From a virus (taxonomy: Duplodnaviria > Caudoviricetes), in the IMG/VR virus record IMGVR_UViG_3300048599_000205, positions 1 through 31,659 of that record: DNA of 31,659 nt. The stretch is one strand, 5' to 3'. The position numbers and the translations under genes were made by a program. Shown piece by piece: positions 9,237 to 17,699 of this stretch. Numbering within the stretch: position 1 is the stretch's first letter; every line of letters starts with the position of its first letter. The notes under the pieces were generated by a model that saw nothing but the letters and a program-made list of their open reading frames with translations, searched no databases and was not told the DNA's origin.

Positions 9237-10673
9237 TTAGTTCCCCAGTAGGGTTGTGTCGAGAACGCTCTTATAGGTAAGGCGCTCGAGCGGCGGCGGA
9301 GGACAGTAGGTCTTCGTGAAGGTGACGTGACCCGCGGCGAGTTCCGATACTTCGTTATCAGCGTCGAAGTACTCGAGGCGAGAACCGGGCATCAATGCGC
9401 CACGGGAGATGAGCGTACGAAGGAACGCGTTCACGTCATCTAGGATGGCCTGAATCAGTACCTTACCGACCGGACCGTCGAGATAGGCGAGAGCCGCTTT
9501 CTCGATCGACTCGTCAACCATGTCGATAGTGCGCCGCACGCACATGAACGTCGTAATCGCGCTCGAGCCCGGAAACGTCGAGGCGCGGTTGCCCCACGTG
9601 CGAATACCAACGCCGTACCCCGTGAACACCGTCACGACGCCAGCGCCGTTGAGTACGTTTACGTCACAGGTCGCGTCAGACACTGAGGCGCTAAGGGGCG
9701 TCTCGATACCAGTGACACCGAGTATTTGCTTGTTACTCGGCGAGCACCAGTACCCGAGCTCGGAGTCCGTCCGAGCAATCACACCCGCAAGACGCGGCGA
9801 GAAGGGCACCGCCGCCGACGAGTCCGTGTTCGCGTCGTAAGCCATCAGGTGCGGATAGCAATAGAACAATCGGTCATCACTCAACCGCAGTTCGAGCGTG
9901 CCACTCGTGCCTCGGCCTTCGAGCACTTGCGTCATCTTTGCGCCCGACGGCGCATCTACGAGCGCGACTGCTCGCATCTTCGTCTTCTGCGCAAGCACCT
10001 GGAGTGCCGCCTGTACGCTCGACGCCGAGCTGAACCCGGGAGCGATGAGAATCTTTGGACTCATCCCGTATAGAGACGCGCAATCAAGCAGCGCCTGCAT
10101 GCCGGTGCGCTTACCCGCTTCGGTAATGGCACCGATGATATCGGCAGCCGTGATAGCCGAGGGGTTGCCGTACGCATACGCAACGTTCGCCTTAGCTGCC
10201 GACTTGAGCGCACCATCAGTCAGGATGGTGATGATACCCGTCTTGCGGTCGAGCTTGTAGTCGACACCCATCGTTAGGGCGTTACCGGCGCCTCCGGCGG
10301 CCTTCACGGTGCAGCTAACGATATCTTTGTGCGTGAGCACAATAGACCCGGTGACAATGTCGATGTCGGCCGCGGGTACATCGGTCTTGTGCTTGGTCGG
10401 ATCGAACACGTTAACAACGAACGACGTACCGTACCCTTGGGCTTGTACTCCCGCGAGTGCGTCAGGGATGGTGTAACCGCTCACTCCGGAGCCAAATTGA
10501 ACGTTATCGCGATCTGTCAGGACCAACACCGGACTATTCACGACCGCCGGAGACTCCGCGTGGTGAATAGGAGCGGTACCGATGATACCAACGACAGCAC
10601 TAACGACCTGAGTGATAGCCTTCGGGCCCTTCGTCAGCTCCTGGGTTTCGACGCCGTGCAGAAATGTAGTCAT
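9237..10673 (-). CDS. Contractile tail sheath protein (P2 FI family)
   Basis: FLHGVET, P.ILIAPGFS, GYW.SPSN, WGNR and PPPPLERLTY motifs. Confidence 0.95.
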   Translation of the reverse strand: MTTFLHGVETQELTKGPKAITQVVSAVVGIIGTAPIHHAESPAVVNSPVLVLTDRDNVQFGSGVSGYTIPDALAGVQAQGYGTSFVVNVFDPTKHKTDVPAADIDIVTGSIVLTHKDIVSCTVKAAGGAGNALTMGVDYKLDRKTGIITILTDGALKSAAKANVAYAYGNPSAITAADIIGAITEAGKRTGMQALLDCASLYGMSPKILIAPGFSSASSVQAALQVLAQKTKMRAVALVDAPSGAKMTQVLEGRGTSGTLELRLSDDRLFYCYPHLMAYDANTDSSAAVPFSPRLAGVIARTDSELGYWCSPSNKQILGVTGIETPLSASVSDATCDVNVLNGAGVVTVFTGYGVGIRTWGNRASTFPGSSAITTFMCVRRTIDMVDESIEKAALAYLDGPVGKVLIQAILDDVNAFLRTLISRGALMPGSRLEYFDADNEVSELAAGHVTFTKTYCPPPPLERLTYKSVLDTTLLGN

Positions 10674-10882
10674 TGGGTGGGTTCCTTCGACTTCTTGTTC
10701 TTCGCCGGCTCAGGGGTCACATCATCGAACACCATTGGTGCGAGCCGACCCTGTGCGACCAACGTGCGCACATAGTCATTGTCCGGCGACAGTTCCGTCG
10801 TGCAGCCGTTCGTGAGAAATACGTCGCCGCCTTCGCGTAGTGTGAAGCTCGTCGTAGGTCCGCTGTATCGATAACGAGTCAT
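10670..10882 (-). CDS. Small conserved phage protein upstream of sheath
   Basis: YRYSGPTTSFTL...V.L......ELSPDNDYVRTLVAQGRL; ATGA coupling on both sides. Confidence 0.75.
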   Translation of the reverse strand: MTRYRYSGPTTSFTLREGGDVFLTNGCTTELSPDNDYVRTLVAQGRLAPMVFDDVTPEPAKNKKSKEPTQ

Positions 10883-11361
10883 TCGCCTGTACCCTTCAGT
10901 CCAACGCTTTTCAGCGCCGCGCTAGTGGTGGTAGATATAGCGGCTACAGTCGGCAGCGCACTGCGGTACACAACCACGTAACGCCACACCCCTTGTTCCT
11001 CGCCAACGAACGACTCTCGAGTGGGTCGCATCGCGCCGAACCCAATTGGTTTGTCATCTTCGGTCGTCGGTCGCCAACCAAATAACGCTTTTCGAATCAG
11101 CTCGAACGCGCCGGTGATACTCAAGTTGCCACGCAACTGACGCGCCAATACGGTGACACTCATCTCGACTTCACGGTCGGCGGCCATCGGCGATAACGCG
11201 TACGGGTCCGAATACGTCGACCCCTCGAACGCAACGAGCAACGTCGACGTCTGATGGCAGAAATTATATCGCTCGGGCGCATTTGGAAAGTCTTCGACGG
11301 TCCAAACCGGCATCTGCGCCTTGAGCCGGCGCACCATCGACGAAGCAAGAGCATCGAGCAT
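10879..11361 (-). CDS. Tail terminator/completion protein, Mu gp37-like
   Basis: VEDFP.AP..Y.F.H...LLVAF.GS.Y...L.GW.P...GVW.Y motifs; expected position. Confidence 0.8.
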   Translation of the reverse strand: MLDALASSMVRRLKAQMPVWTVEDFPNAPERYNFCHQTSTLLVAFEGSTYSDPYALSPMAADREVEMSVTVLARQLRGNLSITGAFELIRKALFGWRPTTEDDKPIGFGAMRPTRESFVGEEQGVWRYVVVYRSALPTVAAISTTTSAALKSVGLKGTGE

Positions 11362-11365
11362 CTGT

Positions 11366-11836
11366 TTATCCCTTCAAGTGGTCCTGCATGATGGCCAAGA
11401 GTTCCTTGCGCCCAGCTTCGCTGATGCCGAGGTATGGCCGCGCCTCGATCTTAACTGCGTGATTGCGCCCAGCCTGTCCGCCGAGTTGGTGTATGCGTCC
11501 GTACACCATCGACACGCCCACCTCGAAACCGACGCCCGACAACACCTGAGGGTGCACCGAGTCGAACAGGTGACGATTATCTTGGAGGACACGAGCGGTA
11601 CCGCCGTCACGAACGCGACCAGGACGCGCGAGAGTAGCCGCCGCTAGACCCTTCCACTTTGCGCCGTCAGGCCCCTCGGCACGCTCAAACCGCATCTTCG
11701 TCTCGGTGACATTGGACTCGGCCATGTCCTCGAGCACAGGATCGATATCGGTGATGCGGCGCGCTAGTTTCGATAGCTCGGCACTCACCGTGTCATCGGT
11801 GATGGTCGAGATACTGACGCCAGCTACCTCAGACAC
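11366..11836 (-). CDS. Virion morphogenesis protein (Mu gpG / P2 gpS family)
   Basis: RFE...GPDG.KW..L, L.D...L.DS, VG....YGRIHQLGG and I.ARPYLGIS motifs. Confidence 0.9.
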   Translation of the reverse strand: MSEVAGVSISTITDDTVSAELSKLARRITDIDPVLEDMAESNVTETKMRFERAEGPDGAKWKGLAAATLARPGRVRDGGTARVLQDNRHLFDSVHPQVLSGVGFEVGVSMVYGRIHQLGGQAGRNHAVKIEARPYLGISEAGRKELLAIMQDHLKG

Positions 11837-12251
11837 GTGGCACGAACCCGCTCATCGCCGGTTCCGAGAACACCTCAGGAGGCGCCGAGCCAGCTAGTCC
11901 AAGCGGACTCGTGACGGTCGATTGCGCTGCGGCGACGAGGTCCTTATAGAAGGCGATGACGTCGTTGTACCCGTTACGAATCGACTCGAACTCTTTTCCG
12001 GGTCTACCTATCGCTAGGTAGTAGAGAGCAACTGTGACGCAATGGGTCTTTAGTGTATCGGCGTCAGGTTGACTATCTCGTGGCACCCGTCGCAGATACC
12101 CATTCAAGACGGCCGAAGCATCCGCGACCGCGTTGGTAAGCTTCACCGTGTCAGTAGTAGTGCCGTTAGCACTGGTCAGCTGAGCGAGTAGCACCTCATC
12201 AATGCGATCGAGTAGGTCCTGCGCCGTCGCGAATGGGTCTGCCATCGTCAC
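11829..12251 (-). CDS. Head-tail adaptor, Mu gp36 (DUF1320) family
   Basis: FAT.QDL......LAQLT...A..DAS..LNGYL...L..HC..VALYYL; follows the capsid gene. Confidence 0.82.
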   Translation of the reverse strand: MTMADPFATAQDLLDRIDEVLLAQLTSANGTTTDTVKLTNAVADASAVLNGYLRRVPRDSQPDADTLKTHCVTVALYYLAIGRPGKEFESIRNGYNDVIAFYKDLVAAAQSTVTSPLGLAGSAPPEVFSEPAMSGFVPRV

Positions 12252-12273
12252 TTACTCCAATGAATCACTCAAC

Positions 12274-13203
12274 TCACGCGATGACGTTCTGCCAGAAGTA
12301 GCAGGCGTACGGCGCGATGATGAGTTCCTTCACGTTCTCCGTGCATCGCACCTCGACACCGCCGTTGGTGCCGATGTCAATCGGCGCCGAGCCAGCCACG
12401 CGCGTGCCCCACTGTGCAGTGAAGCCGAACGTCACGCCGCCTGTCGTGTCCACCGAGCGGTCGCGGTAAAGACCGAGGCAATGCTTGCCCCACATTGGGG
12501 CCAATACCGGTGCCTTACCGGGCTTAACCGAGTTGATTACGCTCTGTCCGACCAACACCTCGCTCACGCCGCAGAGTTCTGCGAACCGCTCTTGCGTCGC
12601 GACGCCGTACTTACCGTCATTACCTAGACACGCGGAGACCACGGTCTGCTGCATCGCAATCGCGTTCCACGCGTCCGCGCCGAACACGAGGACATTCGGG
12701 CGGATGTAGGCCTTGGCCAAACCTGTCCGAATCACCTTGATGACGTTGACGGTGTCGGTGTCCCACTTTGAACCCGCAGCTACGTCAACCTTCACAGCAT
12801 CCGGGTAGTTGGTTGCATTGAAGAGCATATTCGCAACTCGCCGCTCACGGTCCGTGAGAACGATGTTCGTCGCTCGCTCTGTCGCTCGTTCCTTCGGGTC
12901 GCAGCCGGTAGGAGCCTCTGAGATATCGTCGTTCGATAGCGGGATACCTTGGCCGTACCCTTCGCACTCCGACGTGACACGCTTGCCGCTGACACGAGTC
13001 AACGGGACGCGACTGTATTCGCCGACACGAGTGTCGGGAATGTCGTACATCTCACTGACGGGGTACTCGGTATATCCGAACGACTTCTTTCCGACGTTCA
13101 CGCGCGGCAGCGCCGCGTCAGCGATATAGGTAAAGTCGGGGTTCTTGTACGCGACTGCAATCGACGTTAGGTGCGTATCTCTGGGAAATTGCTTATCAGC
13201 CAT
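12274..13203 (-). CDS. Major capsid protein
   Basis: 309 aa; FP.D..LTSIAVAY.N...IAD..LPRV.V, RPN.LV.G..AW and TFGFTAQWG motifs of HK97-fold capsids in Mu-like prophages. Confidence 0.88.
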   Translation of the reverse strand: MADKQFPRDTHLTSIAVAYKNPDFTYIADAALPRVNVGKKSFGYTEYPVSEMYDIPDTRVGEYSRVPLTRVSGKRVTSECEGYGQGIPLSNDDISEAPTGCDPKERATERATNIVLTDRERRVANMLFNATNYPDAVKVDVAAGSKWDTDTVNVIKVIRTGLAKAYIRPNVLVFGADAWNAIAMQQTVVSACLGNDGKYGVATQERFAELCGVSEVLVGQSVINSVKPGKAPVLAPMWGKHCLGLYRDRSVDTTGGVTFGFTAQWGTRVAGSAPIDIGTNGGVEVRCTENVKELIIAPYACYFWQNVIA

Positions 13204-13293
13204 GATGAACCTTTAATGGTGCCCGGGCACCACGCTCGCGAGCTCTGAGACGCGATGCGTGGCCCCGGACGTTGCTCGCTTTATTGGTAGAGT

Positions 13294-13650
13294 TTAGGAC
13301 TGACGCAGTAGGACCGAACCGATGGTCCCTAGGTCGCCGGATTCCCACGCGATGCCGATAACTCGGTCGGTAGCGGCCGCAATAACAACAGCGCGACCGC
13401 TCGCGTCGGTGGTGAGCTTGTTCCCGCGCACGACGTTGCCGCCGTACTCGACAGGTACAATACCGCTCACATTGAGATCGTAACGACTGCCAGCAGTGAC
13501 AGCGACGGAGCCGTTCACGCCGCACAGTGCATCCGCAACCGCGTCGGCCTGAACATCAACCAGCTCAGTCGAGCCGGTTGTCACGATGCGGTAAGGCGCA
13601 ATGGCGGCCTCCGCAGTGCGATTGATAGTCGGGAAGTGATTCTCGTACAT
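13294..13650 (-). CDS. Capsid cement/decoration protein (DUF2190-like)
   Basis: AEAAIAPYRIV, GIVPVEYGG.V..G..LTTDASGRAV, IGIA motifs; between scaffold and capsid. Confidence 0.85.
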   Translation of the reverse strand: MYENHFPTINRTAEAAIAPYRIVTTGSTELVDVQADAVADALCGVNGSVAVTAGSRYDLNVSGIVPVEYGGNVVRGNKLTTDASGRAVVIAAATDRVIGIAWESGDLGTIGSVLLRQS

Positions 13651-13655
13651 GATGG

Positions 13656-14882
13656 TTAGCGCATCCCTTTCACATGCCGTACGGCTTCGGACGTACTGAC
13701 GTGATTACCCTTTGACTCTTGCTCGGACTGGTAGTCCTGAGCCGCGCGAGCCACGACCAACGGGTCGTCGCCACTAATCTCGCCGCCGGAGAACTCGTTA
13801 AAGTCGACGACCTTCGGTAACGCACTGATGAGCGACTTAACTCGTTCGACCGTCGTTGTCTGCCCAGCCTCCGCGAACGAGATGATGTCACCGCTCGACA
13901 CACGCTCGAGTAGGTCGAGGGCATCCGCACGCTGAAACGGTAGCCGCTTACCATCAGCCGCTACGCCCTTGAGGAACGTCTCGTGCTCAGAGCGTCGCAT
14001 CCGACGCTCGCTCGCCTGCAGTGCCGCCTCGCGACGCTTGAGCTCTCGTTCACGCGGCGTCAACGCCTCCGAATGGTCTAGTGATGCACCGTCAGCGGTC
14101 GCTGCGGCAGGCGTAGCCGCCGTAATTGCCTCTTGGATCGGAGCTTCTACGGACGCACCTGCTAGCACCGTTGCAATCGCAGCTTGCAGCGCAGTGCCCT
14201 CGGTCTGTCCTTCGGGAGGCGTGGCAAGCGCAGCCGTCGTCGCCTCGGTAATCGTTGACTCCGCCTTCGCCTTGTCCAACTCCGGAAATGCCGCCACGAC
14301 GTCGGCGAGCACTCGAGCGACAACCAGCTTGAGCACGGTCGCCGTCACCGCATCTGACACCTTTACAGACGCGTCCTTTACGATCTGATCGGCAGCGTCT
14401 GCCGCCGCAGCTTCCGCCTCGGTACTAACGGCAGCCTCCGCGAACTCAATCGTCAATGCGGACTTTGCGTCGTCCCCCTCGGCAAACTGCACGGCTGCGA
14501 GCCCCTTGACGGCAGGCGGTTGCGCACCGAGAAATCCAATATGTCTCAGGTAGTAACTACCCGGCGTCGGGTTCGCGCGACTATCCGGCGCGTAAAACGA
14601 CGCGGAAACCTTCTTGTACCGACCGGCCTTCACCGCCTCAGAGAACGAGGGTTCTACTTGGTCGAGAGACGCAAACAGACGCGCTCCACGCACCCGCAGG
14701 CGCGAGGCCCAACCGAAACTCGGGGCGTCATCCGTCGGGTGCCCCAACACGACAGGTGCCTCATGTAGGCTCGGTCGGTAGTTGCGCGCCGCTCGCAATA
14801 GGTCGGCTTCGCTGAATTCGACCGTCTTGCCGTTGGTAGCGGTATGACGACCGGCTTTGAATATCTCGATGAGGATGGTCAT
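13656..14882 (-). CDS. Prohead protease/scaffold (Mu gpI/Z-like)
   Basis: IEIFKAGRH, HEAPVVLGHP, YKKVSASFY and YLRHIGFLGAQPPAVKGL motifs; Ala-rich, coiled-coil C-terminus. ATG 14882 preferred as start. Confidence 0.92.
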   Translation of the reverse strand: MTILIEIFKAGRHTATNGKTVEFSEADLLRAARNYRPSLHEAPVVLGHPTDDAPSFGWASRLRVRGARLFASLDQVEPSFSEAVKAGRYKKVSASFYAPDSRANPTPGSYYLRHIGFLGAQPPAVKGLAAVQFAEGDDAKSALTIEFAEAAVSTEAEAAAADAADQIVKDASVKVSDAVTATVLKLVVARVLADVVAAFPELDKAKAESTITEATTAALATPPEGQTEGTALQAAIATVLAGASVEAPIQEAITAATPAAATADGASLDHSEALTPRERELKRREAALQASERRMRRSEHETFLKGVAADGKRLPFQRADALDLLERVSSGDIISFAEAGQTTTVERVKSLISALPKVVDFNEFSGGEISGDDPLVVARAAQDYQSEQESKGNHVSTSEAVRHVKGMR

Positions 14883-14894
14883 GCGTCGAGGCAG

Positions 14895-14939
14895 ACTCTG
14901 CACTCGTCACACTCGCTACGCACCGCGGTACATAGCCAC
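14895..14939 (-). promoter_or_regulatory. Putative late promoter 2 for the head/tail operon
   Basis: GTGGCTATGTACCG (14939-14926), 25 nt, CAGAGT (14900-14895), 12 nt, ATG of the protease. Confidence 0.65.
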
Positions 14940-15032
14940 GCCTATCGACGTTCAGTCCCGACGCGACAGTCACACCAAGACTGCCCAAAATAACGCAACC
15001 GCGCAAGGGTTTGCCGGTTGAAGTTCGAATGC

Positions 15033-15734
15033 TTAGGCGGCGGGCACTACGGCAGTGTCGCCCTTTTCTTTTCTCGCTCGCTTCTCGGCCCAACGAAACA
15101 CCTCTTCGTCGGGGGCGCCTTCGCGAGATGTCTCACGCTTTTCAGTCTCGCAGAATGCCGCCCGGGCATCTTTCAGACCGAGGTACTGCCCGCGGTCGTA
15201 CATGCATTCGAAAGCGTGAAGGTGAGACACGTATTCGACCGCGAGCTCCGCATGCATCACGGCTTTGAGATCCATGCGCATCGAAACAACGAACGCTCCG
15301 AGCATCGCTGACACGAATCCTGCGCCAGCAACCCAAACAGGGACGCCAGCAATAAGCGGAGCCGCGCTCGCCGCGCTAATGAGCGACAAGGCAATCTTGG
15401 CCCGGTTGTCCCATTTGCTCCACTTACTGCGTTGCGCTGAGTGGTAGAGGACGTTCGCCCTCGCTGTCACCATCAGATTGAACGTTGTGTCGCTATCATC
15501 TCGATGGTCTACATTCATGATTGTTTCCTGTCCGCCCTGTTGTTTCTTACTATTCTGCGACGGTTGAGACGTTTTACTGCTAGACGGCTGTACCGTTGGT
15601 CCACTCAACCGATGTGCATTCGGTGATAGCGGTATAGTTGATGCGGTGCGGTTCTGATGTATGCGTGGTCGTGATCCGTTCGACTCGCCGAAATCAATGC
15701 TCTTGTTTATCGGTTCCCGTTTCTTCTCGCTCAT
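15033..15734 (-). CDS. SLATT-like two-TM membrane protein (moron); starts possible at 15734 and 15518
   Basis: R.NVLYH..QR..W..WD helix, then two hydrophobic segments and a KAVMHAELA.EY helix, a SLATT-like layout. AGGA RBS precedes internal ATG 15518. The first ~72 aa are low complexity. Confidence 0.6.
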   Translation of the reverse strand: MSEKKREPINKSIDFGESNGSRPRIHQNRTASTIPLSPNAHRLSGPTVQPSSSKTSQPSQNSKKQQGGQETIMNVDHRDDSDTTFNLMVTARANVLYHSAQRSKWSKWDNRAKIALSLISAASAAPLIAGVPVWVAGAGFVSAMLGAFVVSMRMDLKAVMHAELAVEYVSHLHAFECMYDRGQYLGLKDARAAFCETEKRETSREGAPDEEVFRWAEKRARKEKGDTAVVPAA

Positions 15735-15767
15735 AGTCGGGACCATAGCGTTAAGAATCGCGAGTGT

Positions 15768-15799
15768 GTGACCCTCGCGCGCGCATGCGCGAGGGTCAC
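15768..15799. other. Perfect 13-bp hairpin (possible terminator or RNA structure)
   Basis: GTGACCCTCGCGC-GCGCAT-GCGCGAGGGTCAC; only a weak T tract (TTGTGTT) on the + side. Confidence 0.6.
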
Positions 15800-16135
15800 T
15801 TGTGTTAACCAGAATTCGACCGAAGACTGGTCAACGGGTCGGCTATTACCCTGCCAATGACCAACACTGAACAACCGACCAACGCTTCGAGGTGGCCAAA
15901 CGACACCACTGAACACCCCGCGAGGGGTCAAGCGTTCAGTGGTTGCCGTTTGCGGCCAGTGTCCAGTGGTGGACACTGGGGTTTCGTCGTTTTGCAATCT
16001 CTCTGCACTACCTAAACCTGAACCCCTATCAGAGGGGCGTCTACGCGGCCTGCAACCGCGCCACCCACCAATTCCAACTAGGCCCACCGAGCATCCCCAA
16101 TATAACGAGGGCGCCGCTACGCGCTCCTACCAGCC

Positions 16136-16660
16136 TCAGGCCCCGCGTTTTCGCTCTGCTAGCGACTCGGACGCCAGCATCCGAGCGTGTTTGGTCTTGA
16201 TGAGCGCGGCGACGGATATCTGCTCGTCCTCCGTAGAGGCGAGCGGAGCAAACGTTTGGTACTCCGTCGCCGCGAGCTGTCCTAGCTCGAGACACGATAG
16301 TTCGACGCCAGCTTCCTTGTAGGCCTTCGCAATCGCGTCCGTGACGCGTCCGAAGAAACGAGCATCCAGCGGTGGCGACGCTGGCACAGCGGGAGCGTTA
16401 TCTCGACGAGGAGAGCCTACGCCGGTGCAAACCCAGTCGAGGTTGAACCCGGCGGCGGACGACAGTCGAACGACGGCCAATAGCGAAGGACCGGTTTCAC
16501 CCGAGACGTACATTCGCAATTGACGAACGGATATTTGAGCAGCCGCAGCGGCTGCGCCTTGCGAACCAAGAGCTTCGACCATCGCCCCGATGCGGGTTCC
16601 AAGCTCGACCTTGGCTTGGTCGTCCAGATCGCGAAATGAAGATCGGTTCGCCAACGGCAA
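16136..16660 (-). CDS. Phage repressor, XRE-family HTH, no S24 peptidase domain
   Basis: HTH (SQGAAAAAAQISVRQLRMYVSGETGPSL...NLDWVCTG.G); divergent from ner. Exact start (TTG 16660 or 16654) uncertain. Confidence 0.85.
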   Translation of the reverse strand: MPLANRSSFRDLDDQAKVELGTRIGAMVEALGSQGAAAAAAQISVRQLRMYVSGETGPSLLAVVRLSSAAGFNLDWVCTGVGSPRRDNAPAVPASPPLDARFFGRVTDAIAKAYKEAGVELSCLELGQLAATEYQTFAPLASTEDEQISVAALIKTKHARMLASESLAERKRGA

Positions 16661-16704
16661 TCAATTTCCTTGACCGGCAATTATTTGCCGCCCATCATAG
16701 GGCC
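16655..16704 (+). promoter_or_regulatory. Early promoter with overlapping operator palindrome(s)
   Basis: TTGACC (16670-75)-N17-CATCAT (16693-98)-N6-ATG. Palindrome CGGCAA-TTAT-TTGCCG at 16675-16690; degenerate copy CGGCAA-TCAA-TTTCCT at 16655-16670. Confidence 0.7.
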
Positions 16705-17076
16705 ATGTCTAACGGAACCGCCAATAATCAACGGAACCGGCGGCTTGGCAAGACTGCACAAACGGCCAGCCCAACCGGCGGGTGGCATCCCGAACAAATC
16801 AAGGCCGCGATTCGAATGCTCGGCCTAAACCTGGCCGACCTCAGCCGGCAACACGGATACGCGTCCGACGCCGTGAGGCGAGTCATCAAGCGAGGAGGCT
16901 CGGCTCCGCTAGAGCGAATCATCGCCGACGTAATCGGACAGGAACCCAAGACACTGTGGCCCGACCGTTACGACCACGAGGGACACCCAATCGATAGGCG
17001 GCTGCTCCACATGCGTCATGCCGTACGACGACCGAGCCTACCGCCAACGCCTAAGGCGCGACGGCGGGCAGCATGA
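16705..17076 (+). CDS. ner: Ner/Nlp-family transcriptional regulator
   Basis: WHPEQIKAAIR..G..LADLSR..G......E.IIA..IG..P..LWPDRY motif; ATG 16705. Confidence 0.93.
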   Translation: MSNGTANNQRNRRLGKTAQTASPTGGWHPEQIKAAIRMLGLNLADLSRQHGYASDAVRRVIKRGGSAPLERIIADVIGQEPKTLWPDRYDHEGHPIDRRLLHMRHAVRRPSLPPTPKARRRAA

Positions 17077-17291
17077 CGACACGCTCTGCCATCGACGAGT
17101 TCGCCGACGCAGTCGTCACGGAGATCGCTCGAGCCGCGCGCGACCACGTAATTGCGTCCGAAAGCAAGCTCCCGGTAGCGCCGGCCGTATCCGGAATCTT
17201 TAGCGTCCCGCCACCTGCGCCGACGCACACACACCGATCTGAAAGGGGAGACCATGAAAACGATTATCGTGGCGTCATTACTCATCGCTAG
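17073..17291 (+). CDS. Hypothetical early protein
   Basis: ATGA-coupled to ner; overlaps the next gene by 38 bp. Confidence 0.5.
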   Translation: MTTRSAIDEFADAVVTEIARAARDHVIASESKLPVAPAVSGIFSVPPPAPTHTHRSERGDHENDYRGVITHR

Positions 17292-17511
17292 TGTCATTGG
17301 CGGATGTAACGAGGTACTCGAACCCGTCACCGACACCGTGCACTGCACTATACGGGCTTGTCAGGATGACGAGTCATGCATCCAGGTCAGTGGCGAGTGG
17401 CGCTGCATGGAGCGATGTAACAGCGACATCGAATGCGGCATCTCTTACGTCTGTTGTGACACCGCGGCTGGGTATGGTGTCTGCGGACCGGTCGAGGAGT
17501 GTTACCAATGA
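17254..17511 (+). CDS. Small cysteine-rich lipoprotein
   Basis: Strong RBS (AAGGGGAG); signal MKTIIVASLLIASVIGG-C; 10 further Cys in the ~67-aa mature part. Confidence 0.8.
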   Translation: MKTIIVASLLIASVIGGCNEVLEPVTDTVHCTIRACQDDESCIQVSGEWRCMERCNSDIECGISYVCCDTAAGYGVCGPVEECYQ

Positions 17512-17699
17512 GCAGGTCGCTCCGCGAACAAATGGACGACGCTCTGCGTGAGCTCTCGAGCGCCGAGCGGGCATGGGTCGACGCGAACCAACGCACCGTC
17601 AATGTGCGTGCTGTACCACTCGCGGAATTGCACCGAGTACAAGACGCAAAGGCTCTCGTTACTGAGTTGGCTACTCAACTGTATCCGGAGGGAACATGA
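17508..17699 (+). CDS. Hypothetical early protein
   Basis: ATGA coupling at both ends; GAGGAG upstream. Confidence 0.65.
   Translation: MSRSLREQMDDALRELSSAERAWVDANQRTVNVRAVPLAELHRVQDAKALVTELATQLYPEGT

Noticed and set aside
15860-15980. CRISPR-like mini-array from the CACTGAAC repeats
   Set aside because: Repeats are only 8-10 bp, in mixed orientation and irregularly spaced; no cas genes.
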